NCBI GenBank assembly: GCA_025201805.1
Contig: MU619256.1
Location: 118,343-182,342 of the forward strand
Direction of reading: 5' to 3'
DNA length: 64,000 nucleotides
DNA from: Parasitella parasitica NRRL 2501
Taxonomy: Eukaryota > Fungi > Mucoromycota
In this document: in pieces, positions 13,137-25,389 of the stretch
How positions within the stretch are numbered: the first letter of the stretch is position 1
Layout: every line of letters begins with the position of its first letter
Made by a program: the position numbers and the translations under genes
The notes under the pieces: model-generated
Seen by the model: only the letters and a program-made list of their open reading frames with translations
Told to the model about the DNA's origin: nothing
Database searches by the model: none

Positions 13137-13540
13137 GACAGATGCTATCCATCATTTCTTACACACATGCACATAGCTACTCTTGGTTGGTCCAGCTATA
13201 TAAACCTTTGAAGGAAAAGCAGCCTTATGTTGAAGCAACATTTGAAAATCCTGCCGATTCAAGCGATCCTATACATGTTCCAGCAATTGAATTGAAGGGA
13301 GATCAACAGGATTTTGAACACCCTCGCTACTATTTTCTATCCCCAGCATTAGGTGCATTGAATTGTAGACTATACGACATCAAAATCACAGCATATACAG
13401 ATAAATCAAAAACCAAGATCATCACACAGCACGAAAACCAACTTTTATCTCGAATCAACTCTGAGAGCTGTGTCAAATCTGAATTCTTGGAGAGGATGAA
13501 TGCCGCGGCAAAGCAAGCGGAATGGGAGCTAAAACAATAG
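12927..13540 (+). CDS. Uncharacterised ~163-aa protein, 2 exons (12927-13054, 13177-13540)
   Basis: ATG 12927 MNFSCGCIFDK...LGA; intron GT 13055 to AG 13176 (contains A66) joins in frame to HYSWLVQ...EWELKQ*. Confidence 0.7.
13068..13133 (+). repeat. Poly-A homopolymer (~66 nt) inside an intron
   Basis: Direct read; the exact length may be affected by assembly. Confidence 0.95.
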
Positions 13541-13560
13541 ACCGTTTTTTTTTTATTTGG

Positions 13561-14745
13561 CTAAAACATCACTGTATCTTTCAGTTGGAATCGAGGTACC
13601 TTTCTGTAGTCTCCAATCTTGCCCAGCCTCCACAAATAAACATCTAAACTGCCTGTCGTCATATTATTCACAGGTCCTGCTCCACCTTGAGCGGCTTTGA
13701 CAATATCTTCACAAGCGGTGACACCTGCTGCTCTTAGTGTCGTTGCTGCTTGGACACTTAAATCAATATTGTTGTCAATATCTCTTTGCCATTCCTCAGG
13801 AATCTGAATCACACCCAGATGTGCCAACATGGTAGGGATTACGTTATCTGAGAATACAGTGAGTGAATCGATATCCTTGAAATTAAATAGATCTGGTAAT
13901 TGCTCTTTGAAAGTGTACCACAAATGATAAACGATGATTTGAGCCTTTTTATACAAGTATACAGGCTCTGGGTGTCCTGGAAATTTGTAGCTATCGTGAA
14001 GGCCAGGCAATGCCTTGATCAAATGTTCAGTGAGGCTGCGGGCGTTTTGTGGGTTTTGTCTGACATGCTGCATGATGAATTGAGCAAGGTCTTTATAGTT
14101 ATGCGCTTTCAAATATTCGCCTGTTGAGTTGAGAACGTCGGTCAATCCAGCAGCGAAAGACTTGAGAACTGTGGGCTCCGAAACAGTGACAAAGTCCAAC
14201 TTTTCATGCTTGACTTCGCGATCAATTGGGATTTGGAAAGTTTCGGCAATGTCAAAAATAGTGCAGTTCTTGAAACTTTCGGCATCCATAGGCTTTCCAC
14301 CAATATGAAAAGACATGGCACCAAAGCGAATAGTGTCAAAAGCGCTATTGTGGGTACATGGCCAAGGAAAATACACGAAACAAGCACGTTATTAACATGA
14401 ATCACATTCAAAAAAAAAAAAAAAAGACAATTCTTACCCTCTACCTGTCATTTCATGAAGAGGAACTCTATATCCACTTCCAAAATTGAGCAAATCAATC
14501 ACGGTAATAAAATTCAATTCATCCTCGATTGTCTCAAACTTGAGTGGCATCTTGATGGTAACATCATCTGAAAGTTCATTGAATTGTAGCTTGTCCAAGT
14601 TGTTTAAAAATTTATCAATTTCCTTTTGACAAATCTTTACTGGGCTTGATTCAACAAATGACCGACAGGAAGTACGGACAGATTGAATGAAATTTCCACT
14701 AGGCAATTCAGAAGCGTACGGATTTATTTCGTTGCTGCCAGACAT
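13561..14745 (-). CDS. QNG1: Queuosine salvage protein (Q_salvage/DUF2419, queuosine nucleoside glycosylase-like), 2 exons
   Basis: Motifs DLLNFGSGYR, YLYKKAQI, DIDSLTVFSDNVIPTMLAHLG, LRAAGVTACE, LDVYLWRLGK; intron joins GRG|AFDTIRFG. Confidence 0.85.
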
Positions 14746-17700
14746 ATGCTTTGTTTGGGGGGGGGGGAGGAAAAATACGAAGGTACACTACAGTCAACAT
14801 GGCACACGCTTTATGATATGCCAGGGCTACAAGTCACTTGAGTTACCGTTACGGTACCGTATTTAGATTTCTACGCGCTAATTATTTTAGTTTTGATCAA
14901 ACAGCCGTTGTGCAGGACCACTAGGTATTTTTAAATGAATGACTATTTGAGTTCTTCATTATTCCATTTTTCAATGCAATAAAAATTGTTTATCAAGACT
15001 GTCGACATGCATGTACTTCAGATACCTGAAACTGAACAATCACCAACGAGCCACAATAAAAATTGGTTGAATTTCATAATTGATAAATTATTCCAGATAA
15101 ATTCGTTAGATATGGGACATCTGAATAAGCTCAAATATTTAGGCAAGTCTATAGAACCGCATAGATATTTAAACAAAAAAATGGCCCAATTAAAAAACCA
15201 TTAAGTATCAAACTATGAAAGTATCAAACTGCAAATATTATTAAGGCATCAAGTTGTACGTACCCGTCAAATTATGCATTTACACAATAGCAGTTTATCC
15301 CTGAATCCAAGTTTAAACCAACCATTTTCATTCTGTTTTCTCCTATAATTATATGTCCTTTCAAAAAACATATCATATTCAAGCAACTGACAATATCTAT
15401 TTTTATAGCTTCGCATTATCATTTTATGTTACATTTGTCAAGTCAGCATATTCAGTATCAAGGAAAGTATAACGGACGGATTGGTGTACAAAAATGTGTT
15501 TGGTATAGCGAGTTATCCCCAATTCAGAATTTCATACTCTATATTACAATGCGTGGAACCCGTAATCTATCAGAAGCTAATTATAGAGCTTAACTTTTGT
15601 CAGTAAAATTACCCTCAATTTCAATCCTAACCTCTATTTTACTTTCTATTTTACATGCTTAGCATTAGAATTACAAAAAAAAAAGGAACTCTTGACTGAC
15701 ATTAAGCATTATTATAAGCAATAGTGGTAATAGGGCTTCTCTGTCAGTAGCAAGTAGCAACTTATATGAATTATTCACAAATAATAAAGGGTTATTACAG
15801 CAAAACATTGTATTCATTAATTATTCTCTTTTGTTTCCAACTCGATGAGCCGCACCTGTTTTATCTTATTAATATGAAGCAAGGTATACTTGTGTCATCA
15901 AAAATAATTACTTTATAGAGCTGTGTCATGTACTAGAATTGATATTGACTTGCTATCGTCTCCAGATAGATATTTTTACAGCCTAAAAGCAAGAACTTTA
16001 GCTTTATGTGCCATTTTCTGATTGATTTTTATAATTAAAAATGCCCTGAAAACACCAAAAATAGTATCCATTGGGAAAAAACTATAATATATATAATTTT
16101 GGTGCAATTTGAGCATGATTTTTTTTTTATGCAAAATGACGGATTTTTTCGATTTTTTCCTTGTATCCACACATGCAAAATCAACGATTATGCTTTATTC
16201 TCGGTTTTGACCCCAAAAATGCAACTTTTTATTATAACATATATTAGAGGAAAATGATCGTAAAAGACGATTCCTTGATCTGAAAGACTGGAGATGCTCT
16301 TTGATTAAGCAAAATTTTAACTTTTCCCTCTTAATCTGTTTTGAAGTTTTCTCGACTTGACTCCTTCCATAAGCATACGAGAATTATGAAATAATGCTAT
16401 CGTGTAGAGCTTCCAAAAATACAGCTATTATCATAGATTGACAGCCGAGGTATGCATAGTATCGGGGGATGATATCTTGCCTTAAAGAAGTAATTTTGTT
16501 TTCTAATTGTACAAATGGAGTTTCTGAAAGAATTTTTTCTTCCTGATTTTGGATGCGTTTAATCTCCGCTATTAGAGAAAAATGATGTTTTTTTTTGAAG
16601 AAAGTATTAGCTTTGAGAAACCATAGCGTACCCAATTTAAAAGAAAAACTATTGTAACCTATTTTATTTAATTGTCGTGCTTCTTGGATTTCTAATGGTA
16701 GTACTTGCATGTTTGCACCTGGCCTGACGATCTCACGCTCCGATTTTGAAAAATACTTTGCCAAAAAAAGTTAAAAAAGTCGCTACCTTCAATTTATGTC
16801 GACTTGAAAAATACAAAGACCTGCTTTAAGCTATAAAAATACGTTATCAGAAGGTGTATTATAGTCTACTGCATTACTTTGCATTACTTGTTTATGTGGC
16901 TAAGATCCCTAAATTATTGTTTTCTTACAGTTTTTGTCTTTCTTCTGGCAAAAGCACACTAACGTTCACGCAGACCAAAAAAAAAAACAGGCGTCTAAAA
17001 TCTACGCTTTACAGACACAAACTTTTGAACCATTCCAATATTATGGGAAAAATGGCACAGGTTGACTAGCTGTTCTTCTGTGCGACTGGATATACAGAAG
17101 CCAGCTTGGTACTTGTCCGACCACACCTCCTACACTAGAAGACGTCAGATCAACAGAAGGTATAAGAAAGTGCCAGAGAAAAGGAAACAATCTGCCACCA
17201 GGATAATACGCCCATTTACTAAAAAAATACATCTGTATAGAAATTTATGAAATTCCAAGGACATAAAAGTGTTTATCTTCAACCTTGCTCTCCGTTCCTG
17301 AATCCAATTAAAGGTCTTTAATCCAAAGTCAACAGACACACTCGCACCAAGAATTACAGATGTTTGTCAATAGACAATCGTAACCTGTTTTAGTGACTAC
17401 CTTGAACTTCAAGATAGGATGTAGATACAGTATCTTATTTCACAACACATTCTCTTAATATTTTCACTACGAATGAAATATAGCAATTATTCTTTTTCTC
17501 TAAATATGGGAATTCCCTACTCAAAAACTTTCAATGGAGACATATCTCTTCTCTTAGAAACTTCTTGGCTTTTATCAGAGATAAAAGGTTTGTTACCAGA
17601 AACTTTAAAATATATAATCACAATGACCATGACCTTTAACATTTACTTGAACTTTTTTTTTTTCAGAAACTGCAAAATGACAGTATATCAGATAGCCCTG

Positions 17701-18381
17701 ATCATGGCGGTCTCAGACAAGTATACGACATGGCTTGAATTGTCCTTTATGATATGAAAGTTAGTGGGGGGTTTTTTTTCCCAGTCAACTGCTTATGTAT
17801 AGAAATTCAGTGGAACAAAATATGTATGATTTCTGGGTATGATATGTAATATCTGATCTTGGATAATGGGAGTTATCTTTGTCGAAAGTCATTGGACTGA
17901 AAACCACTATTTCTTTATAGCGTAATAGCGGGTTGAAGATCTAAAGACTAAGTAATAGAAGCTATTGCAACATCATTGGAGGGGTAGTTATTTGCTAAAG
18001 AGGTCTCCATCATCATGCGTGGTGGTGGTGGTGGTGGCGCGATGATGAGATCGAACGGCTTAGCTTGATGAGGCAGCAAAACAAATTAGCCTTCACATCT
18101 TTAAAGCAATGCTATAGGGAAATTGAATTTTCGTTCATTAATTAATTAGTTAGCAATTAGTAAATACAGTGTGTAGTGGGTTAACCATGAACGGTGTTGG
18201 GTTTCATATGTTACGTTTGCAAAAAAGCAAGAGGTTGCTTCCCATGCTTGATTGCTTCTAGCAGCCAAGAAGATCAAGGAAAGATGGACGTCCCGTTCCA
18301 AACAGTCACCATTGTGTTGTTGCCATGATTCAAAATCAACATTGGAAAAAAAAAAAAACTATTACTTTACACTAAATCAAC

Positions 18382-19199
18382 ATGTCCAGCAACACACCAA
18401 TTGACATTACGCAAGATACACCTAAATCAAGCAGCAAGCAAGTTCCTGGAAGAACACCTGGTACAACCATGCTTCCTTTAGCTAGAATAAAGCGCGTCAT
18501 TAAAGAAGACAAGGATGTTGCGCTCATCAACGCAGAGGCAACATTTTGTATTGCCTATGCCACTGTAAATTGACCCATCAATATATGAAGAAAAAAAAAC
18601 CGAAATCACTAATGCAACTGGGAAATAGGAATTGTTTATGGAATATCTTGTCACTGAAGCCTTCTCAAGAGCTAAAAAAGAAAAGAGAAAAACTGTCTAC
18701 TACAAAGATTTAGGTTTGTTGCTATCACAAGACGAAAGAATTTTACAGTGCTCATTCGATTATAGCTAGTACAGTCAAGGAATCCGATCAATTGGAGTTT
18801 TTAGTAGATGTCATACCTACAACCATGACTTTGAAGGAGGCTATGGCTAAACGTAAAGAGAACTTGAGCGACGAAACAGAATCATCAAGCCCAACTCCGG
18901 CCAAGAAGCAAAAGACAAGCAACAAATCAAATGCGAAATCAGATGCAACTGATACACGAAACACATCTGCGCCTCCTACTTCCACTATTAAAGCTGCCGC
19001 TGCTGAATCCATAGATGAAAATACAATCACCTTGGACGAAAATGATGAAACTAACTCTCAAGGCGAAGAGGATGACAACATAGAACAAGGAGAAGATGAA
19101 GCACAAGTGGAGACTGAGAACACTGCAGTGACAACAGAGACTCAAGATGATGTCGATCAGGACGATTTGATGATGGAAGAAGATCCAAAACAAGATTAG
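18382..19199 (+). CDS. Histone-fold protein (CBFD/NF-Y family; Dpb3/POLE4/CHRAC-like) with acidic tail, 3 exons
   Basis: LPLARIKRVIKEDKDV...AYAT|ELFMEYL...RKTVYYKDL|ASTV...LEFLVDVIP, followed by a D/E-rich tail. Confidence 0.85.
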
Positions 19200-19394
19200 A
19201 ACATCAGTTCTTTACGTCATGTGGTCTCTTTTATTTGTGTATGTAGAGCGAGTAAATGCGAAGGTTTTTTTCGTGCAACAATTCTCGTATAAAATAAAAA
19301 GCCCATTGCAACCACCACTTTCTTTTTCCTTTCGTTTCTCCCTCCCCTCTCCCCCCCTTTTTTTTTTCTTGATAATAGCAAGAAACAATAAAGA

Positions 19395-20756
19395 ATGTTA
19401 AATATTGGTTCAAGATTACTACGCTTTCATACTTTAAAAGCTGTCAGTGCCAAGTCAGTTACTTTCCGTGCCCTGTCGACTTCCACCAGCTGTTTGTCTC
19501 CAAAGAACCAAGACGCTGATGAACCCGTTGATCCTAATAACAAGCAAAGTGCTGGATTCATCAAATCCGTGCTGTACGGTAAAGAATTGAGTGGAGCAGG
19601 TAATGTATTTGCTCCCGAGCTTACAACCACTCATTCCAAAAAGCTGGCGAGAGGCAAATACGTTCACGAAATGCAAAGTAAGTGTGTTATAGAATCAGGG
19701 GGAGGGGGCGCGAGGCAATGAAACATTTTTAACTGAATAAAAATACGTCATGCTAGCGCACCGTGTTAAACCCGACAAGGTGGAAGAATACATCCAGCTC
19801 ATGTCTACCCATTATCCTCGTATTGCTAACGATCCTCAAAACCAAGTAAATTTATGCGGTAGTTGGGAAATGATTGTCGGTGATCTGGATACATTTGGTG
19901 AGTGTCTGATTTTGAAGTACCTTGTTTTTTTTTGGTGCATTAACATGGTTCAAATTGTATAGTTCACATTTGGGAATACAAAGGTTATCCTGGACATAAG
20001 CAAACTATGGAAAGATTGTCAAAGGACCCAGTAAGTGCTTATTGAATATACTATATACAGAGGGTGCGGGGTCTTGACACCTCTCTTTTACAGGTTTATG
20101 CACAATTCATCAAAGACCTCCGACCTTTGTTAATTTCTCGTGAGAACAACATGATGTTAGAGTTCTCCTTTTGGATGACTTCGCCTCCTCAAACAACGAA
20201 TGGCATCTACGAACTTCGTAAATACAACTTGAAGGTGAGTTCCTTTGACCAAGCCCGTATTTTATCTAATCTAATCTGCTTAAATATAGCCTGGAAATTT
20301 GCTTGAATGGGAATATTACTGGTAAAAGTGTGATGGGAAAAAACCAAAGGGCATTTGTCATACTCACCCTTTTAAATGTTTAGGCGCAAGGGACTTGAGT
20401 GCAGAAGTCAATTCTGTGAACCTGTCGGAGCCTGGTTCAGTCAATTGGGTAATCTGCATACAGTTCAGCACATGTGGACATACCCGTAAGTGTTCAATGT
20501 AAAATGTTGAGCGAGAGCTCAGGGCTAAACTATCAATTGAAAACCAGTGATCTGCAAACAAGAAAAACCACCAGAGAGGAGGCTTGGAAGGTGGAGGGAT
20601 GGTCTGATACTGTGTACAAGACAGGTAAATATCTTTTTGCAAGTCAAGATTTATAGAATTCGCCAATAATGCTCACTATATACTATAATAGTTCGCCTGG
20701 TTGACAGTATGCATTCATTCATTTTGAAGCCACTAGACTATAGTCCTCTAAGATAG
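19395..20756 (+). CDS. NIPSNAP family mitochondrial protein, multi-exon
   Basis: Mitochondrial presequence; HSKKLARGKYVHE, HRVKPD, LCGSWE..VGDLDTFVHIWEY.GY, IYELRKYNLKPGNLLEW, GAWFSQLG, TREEAWKVEGW, LKPLDYSPLR*. Confidence 0.9.
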
Positions 20757-20952
20757 ATTGTAATGACGAGAAAAGGGAAATGTTGCCAATGTTTTATTGT
20801 ATCAATAAAAAAGCAAAAAAAAAAAAATATATAACATTAGTATATACAAGTGATGAAATTGTTAATTTTAGCTTTAGGTGTGGGGTTAAGAGTTGCTAGA
20901 TGAATATGCACAGTTATGAGAGAAATAATGATAATAATATAATAAATTTGTG

Positions 20953-21781
20953 TTAATGAGCCGCCATGTTTCGTAATGCGTTCATGTTTCCACTGGCCTC
21001 ACGACTACGAGTAACACGACCTTCGCCCTCCATCAGCGTTTCCTCATACAATGTGCAATTTCTCGATCCAAATCTTTTTTGAAACTTGATCAGTTCTCGT
21101 GTAAGTATGTCCATGATTTCCATTGAGTTTTGGCTGTCTTTATCCAAGGTCCCCACCACATCATCGTCGTCTTCTATATCTCGAACTAGTGGGATGGTAC
21201 TCGCACTGCTCAATGAATCGACGTCGTCGTCGTCCCGCATCTGCTCTGTCTCTCTCATGGCCACTGCCGCTGTGAGGTTGTTTAAATGACTCGTTGCAGC
21301 AATTGCCATTGAGGATTTCATGTCATTGCCATGTCCTGCACGGTTGTCATTTTCTTTAGTTGCCATCTCGACTTGGATAGAGCTGATATACTCTAGGATT
21401 TGATTTGCTCTTCTATTCATTTCAGATATACTCATACGAGCCTGCGGTTGGCGAGTCCTTGCTGGAGGAGACGAAGCACGTGCCGTAGGTGAGAAATGGT
21501 CGAATAAAACTGAAGAAATGCCATCTTCTGGACAATCTTTTCCCTCGTCGTCCAATTCATTACACCCAATAGGCGGTGACTCTCGAACTGGCGTGGATGT
21601 ACGAGACCTTGGTTTTCCTCGTTTCCCACCACCGTTTACTTTACCATTCATTCGACCGTTTGTCTTTTTATCAGATTGTTTCGCTTGCTTTCGTTTGGGT
21701 TTAACGGGTGTTGATGTGAGTGGTTTTGTTGCAATAAGATCAAGCTCAGGAAATTCTTCTATGACAGTTTCAATATACATC

Positions 21782-21815
<34 letters not shown>

Positions 21816-22806
21816 TAACGGATAAACATATATCTACCTTGCTCTTTTAGAAAAACTACTTCTTCGTGACCTACAGATGAAACAGTAGATGAAGGCGGTT
21901 CTGATTTTTCGTCGATTGTATCAGGCAGCTTGATTCCTAAATCTCTTTTTCTCTTGTTTGACTTGTCTCGGTTTTCCTTGATTGCCATGGTGTTATTGTT
22001 TTGACTTTTTGGTGGTGGTGTTGTTCCAGTGATAGCTGCAGCTGTATTCGATGGCTCGTTGTGCGAATGAATGAGAACATTATTAGCATCGCTGGAATGA
22101 GGAGGCGGAGAAGAGCTTGATTGTAGTGAATCGCCATCTTTATGTGACTCATACATTTCCAGGGCATTTCTTGCTGCCAACACATCTTCCAGAGACATAC
22201 TTGCTTCTCGACTGTTCAAAGTCATTCTCTTTTTCGGTGCTTTCGCATTAGTTGTTGCACGTTCGGTCGAAACATATTGGCGCTTTGTTCTAATAATAAA
22301 TAAAACGAGAGCGAAAGAGGGAGAGAAGAAATGGCATTTAGTAAAGAGAGGGAGCTTTTCCTTTCTTTGCGTTGTTCTCTTACCTTCCATTGCTTTGGCG
22401 CAGGCCTTTGTGATTATCCGGCTTGCATTGCTCGCAATAATAATGGTCAGGTATATCCGGCTGCTCGAGTCCCATACATTCACAATGCTGCCACACTTCG
22501 CATTTGTCACATTGGACCATCAAACCTAGACTGTCTTTAAAAGACACCAACAACTATCAGCACCTCGTCAGAAGAAGAAGCTTCCAATTCGCAACTTACG
22601 AGTTTCATTACAGACACAACGTGTGATGGAGCCGCTATCAGAGCTATTCTCATCAGACGTAGATTGGGATCTTCTTCTTGGTGGAGCTCTTTGTTTTCTT
22701 CTGCCTACTCGACTTGGCCTACCGCCTCTTCTATGCACAACTAATCGCAAAAAGGTTGTTAATGCAAAGCCAATCCATCCAGTGCGATGTCGGTTCATTT
22801 ACCCAT
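20953..22806 (-). CDS. PHD-finger protein, Cti6-like (Rpd3L histone deacetylase complex subunit)
   Basis: Spliced PHD ITRCVC...[17 protein letters not shown]...YYCEQC; RMTLNSRE; [18 protein letters not shown]; C-terminal [16 protein letters not shown]. Predicted first coding exon is ATGG (22806-22803). Confidence 0.8.
21784..21811. repeat. (CA)n microsatellite, intronic
   Basis: About 14 CA units read directly. Confidence 0.9.
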
Positions 22807-23544
22807 GTAGATGCTTGATTAAATCCTTTTGCTTTTGCTAATAACGCTTTTCGCCCAAGAGTGATAAAATGATGAACAAGAAATGATTAAACTTGTGAGT
22901 TCAATTTGGGAGACTAAAGAGAAAAGGTTTAGGAAAAATACCAACAGAAAAAATATTTTGAATGTTGCAGATTTGACTGTTTTTTGTTTAATCAGGTGTG
23001 GTGCAATATGCTTGTGCAGAATCCCTCTCGACTCACAATCTCCCAAATGTTAAGGTGATGCTATGTGAAACCTATATAACTTGCGCTATTACCTGCTACA
23101 AATGGGGCATGCTCTCATAGAAGGTGATGTATGTGACTAATGATGTATTTCAGCCATGTTAAAAGTAGTAATCACGAGGGCCAACTTTTTCATAAAAACT
23201 TTATGCCATCAATTCTGCACTCGCCTATTTTTTTTTTTTTTTTATGTTAAATAGCAAAATAGGTGTATTTGAGCAAAGAAACAAACCGCATCTGGCTGTA
23301 ACCTTGCTGTAGTTGTAGCATGACTTTGATTACTGATCAGCAAATCTTGGTCTCAAAGGTGAAACAATTTTTTTTCCTTGGAAATCGTTACATTTAGATA
23401 CCTCTGATTTTTTTTTTTTCTTGGTTACTACGGCACGATGGGATATTTGATAGTGGGATAAATACACTTTAATTTAATTAATTAGTGGTACAGAAGCAGT
23501 GATATGGAAGGATTTATATAGACAACTTGCGGATCATCAGTTGA

Positions 23545-25389
23545 TTAATCACCAAGAACTGCTGATAAACCAGGGACATCGCGCAATTCCATAGAGGTTA
23601 CACCTCGGGAATCGGCTTGCGAAAGAAGAGGACCTACGCTAAGCTCTCTCCAAGACTCCCAGACAAGACAAACGTCTTTTCTTGCTTTTTCTGACAAAAC
23701 AATGCACCCAATGGCATCGTAACCACCCGCTAAACATGTCATGTCAGTATACAGATACCCCTCCTTGCTAATTCACTTAATTTTTACCTCCTGGAACAAC
23801 AGCCATGGCAACACCAGGTACATTTGTGCATTCATTCAACAGGTGCGTCTGTTCCTTTGGTTCAATTGGAACGCTGGATAAATCGCCCATCATTCGCATT
23901 AGCGAGCGAACATGGCCAGCGTCGTTGGCCAGTGCTACGAACTCTTCCGCGATGATTCCAGGAACAGTGTGCCATTCGCTGGACTTTAATTGAGAGCATT
24001 GAATCAGAGTGTCATTGTATAATTTGGCATCTTGCTGATGATGTGCGGCAAGTTGGCGGAAATGCTGCTCAACTAGAGAGTTGTATGTACCTAATTCGTC
24101 CCAGAGAGCATCAGCTGAACGTGTGTCAATCAACAATGGAGATGAATTTGTCAATGCCTAGCGTAAAATAGATTTCTATGCTTGCGAATTTACCTTCTTC
24201 AGGCTTTGATTTCTTCCAAGCCAATACTTTTCCAACCAAAGTGGGTGTATGACTGCCAGCATCAATGTCTGCCAACATTAGATGGAAACCTGGGGGTAAT
24301 TGGAATGGAACAACATCATTGTCCCAGCTAGATATGCGCACATTTGAATATTCTTGCGTTACACACATAGCAGAATGTCACTTTACCTCTGGTTGTGAGC
24401 ATCCAATGCATCTGAAAGTACTTTGGAGTTTACATGTTCATCCTGGTCGATGCAAGAGAAAGGAGATTATATATACGTGCATTCTAATATGCCTTCCTCC
24501 CTTCCGTGGTAATATTTACCATAATTGGGGTCAAAATCGCTGGATTGAATCTCTTGTATCTGTGGCTACCCCAGACAGCAGATGACACGTCAAACCCACT
24601 TCCCACTTTACCCTGAGCAAAACAATGAACGAATTGAGCAACATTATGGATCAGCACCTTGTCGTTTTCAACAAGGGATTCGTTGACAACTTTGAAATGG
24701 AGCAACAATGCAGCAACTAAAGAGGTTGTCAGTGCAGCAGAGCTTCCAAGGCCTGTTTTATGTACGGTCGACAGTGTAGCATGTGTCTTGCAAAAGGGGT
24801 CGAGTGAAGCTAATGCATCTGCAGTATTTGAAAGGTGTTTTGCTTCCAACTATTGTTAACGAGCTTGGGGGTTTAGATGAATTACAAACCTCCAACTGAT
24901 CTACAAGTTTAAATTTACCTGAGCACGTTGGGAGTAAAAGTCGTTGTCCCCCACAATTGTCACTTGAATGCCTTTGCTCAACAACCGATTTAATTGCTCT
25001 GCGCCAATTCTTTCTAGAACTACATGCAATGTAAATTTCAAGCATGTTTCTACAAACTTATTGCTGCTTTCAGTGGTTCTATTTGCGTTGAATTAGGTTT
25101 CAGGGATCATCGTACAGCGAAAAAAAAAAAAAAAAAAAATAGCATACATGGCTTTAAATTCGAGCTTGTCACTATGACCAGTTGTTTTATACTGCCAGGT
25201 TGCTTCTTCAAACTGAGGTGAGTGTACAGTGAGGGTACCTGCAGCACCGGTATACTCGGGTTTGATCACAGTATAGAATCTAGCTGATGTGCCAATAACT
25301 AAACCAGTGTAGGCTTGTTCTAAAACCAAATAGCCACCAGTCAAGAGCACTTTACCCGGGGCTGAAGCAATAGTATAGCTCGGAGTCAT
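23545..25389 (-). CDS. ERG8: Phosphomevalonate kinase, multi-exon
   Basis: SAPGKVLLTGGYLVL, GDNDFYSQ, HKTGLGSSAALTT, HCFAQGKVGSGFDVSSAVWG, VPIEP.EQT.LL, PG|AGGYDAI. Confidence 0.95.

Noticed and set aside
13061-13176. Poly-lysine N-terminus in ORF 13061..13540
   Set aside because: The A-run lies inside a GT-AG intron; the real first exon is upstream.
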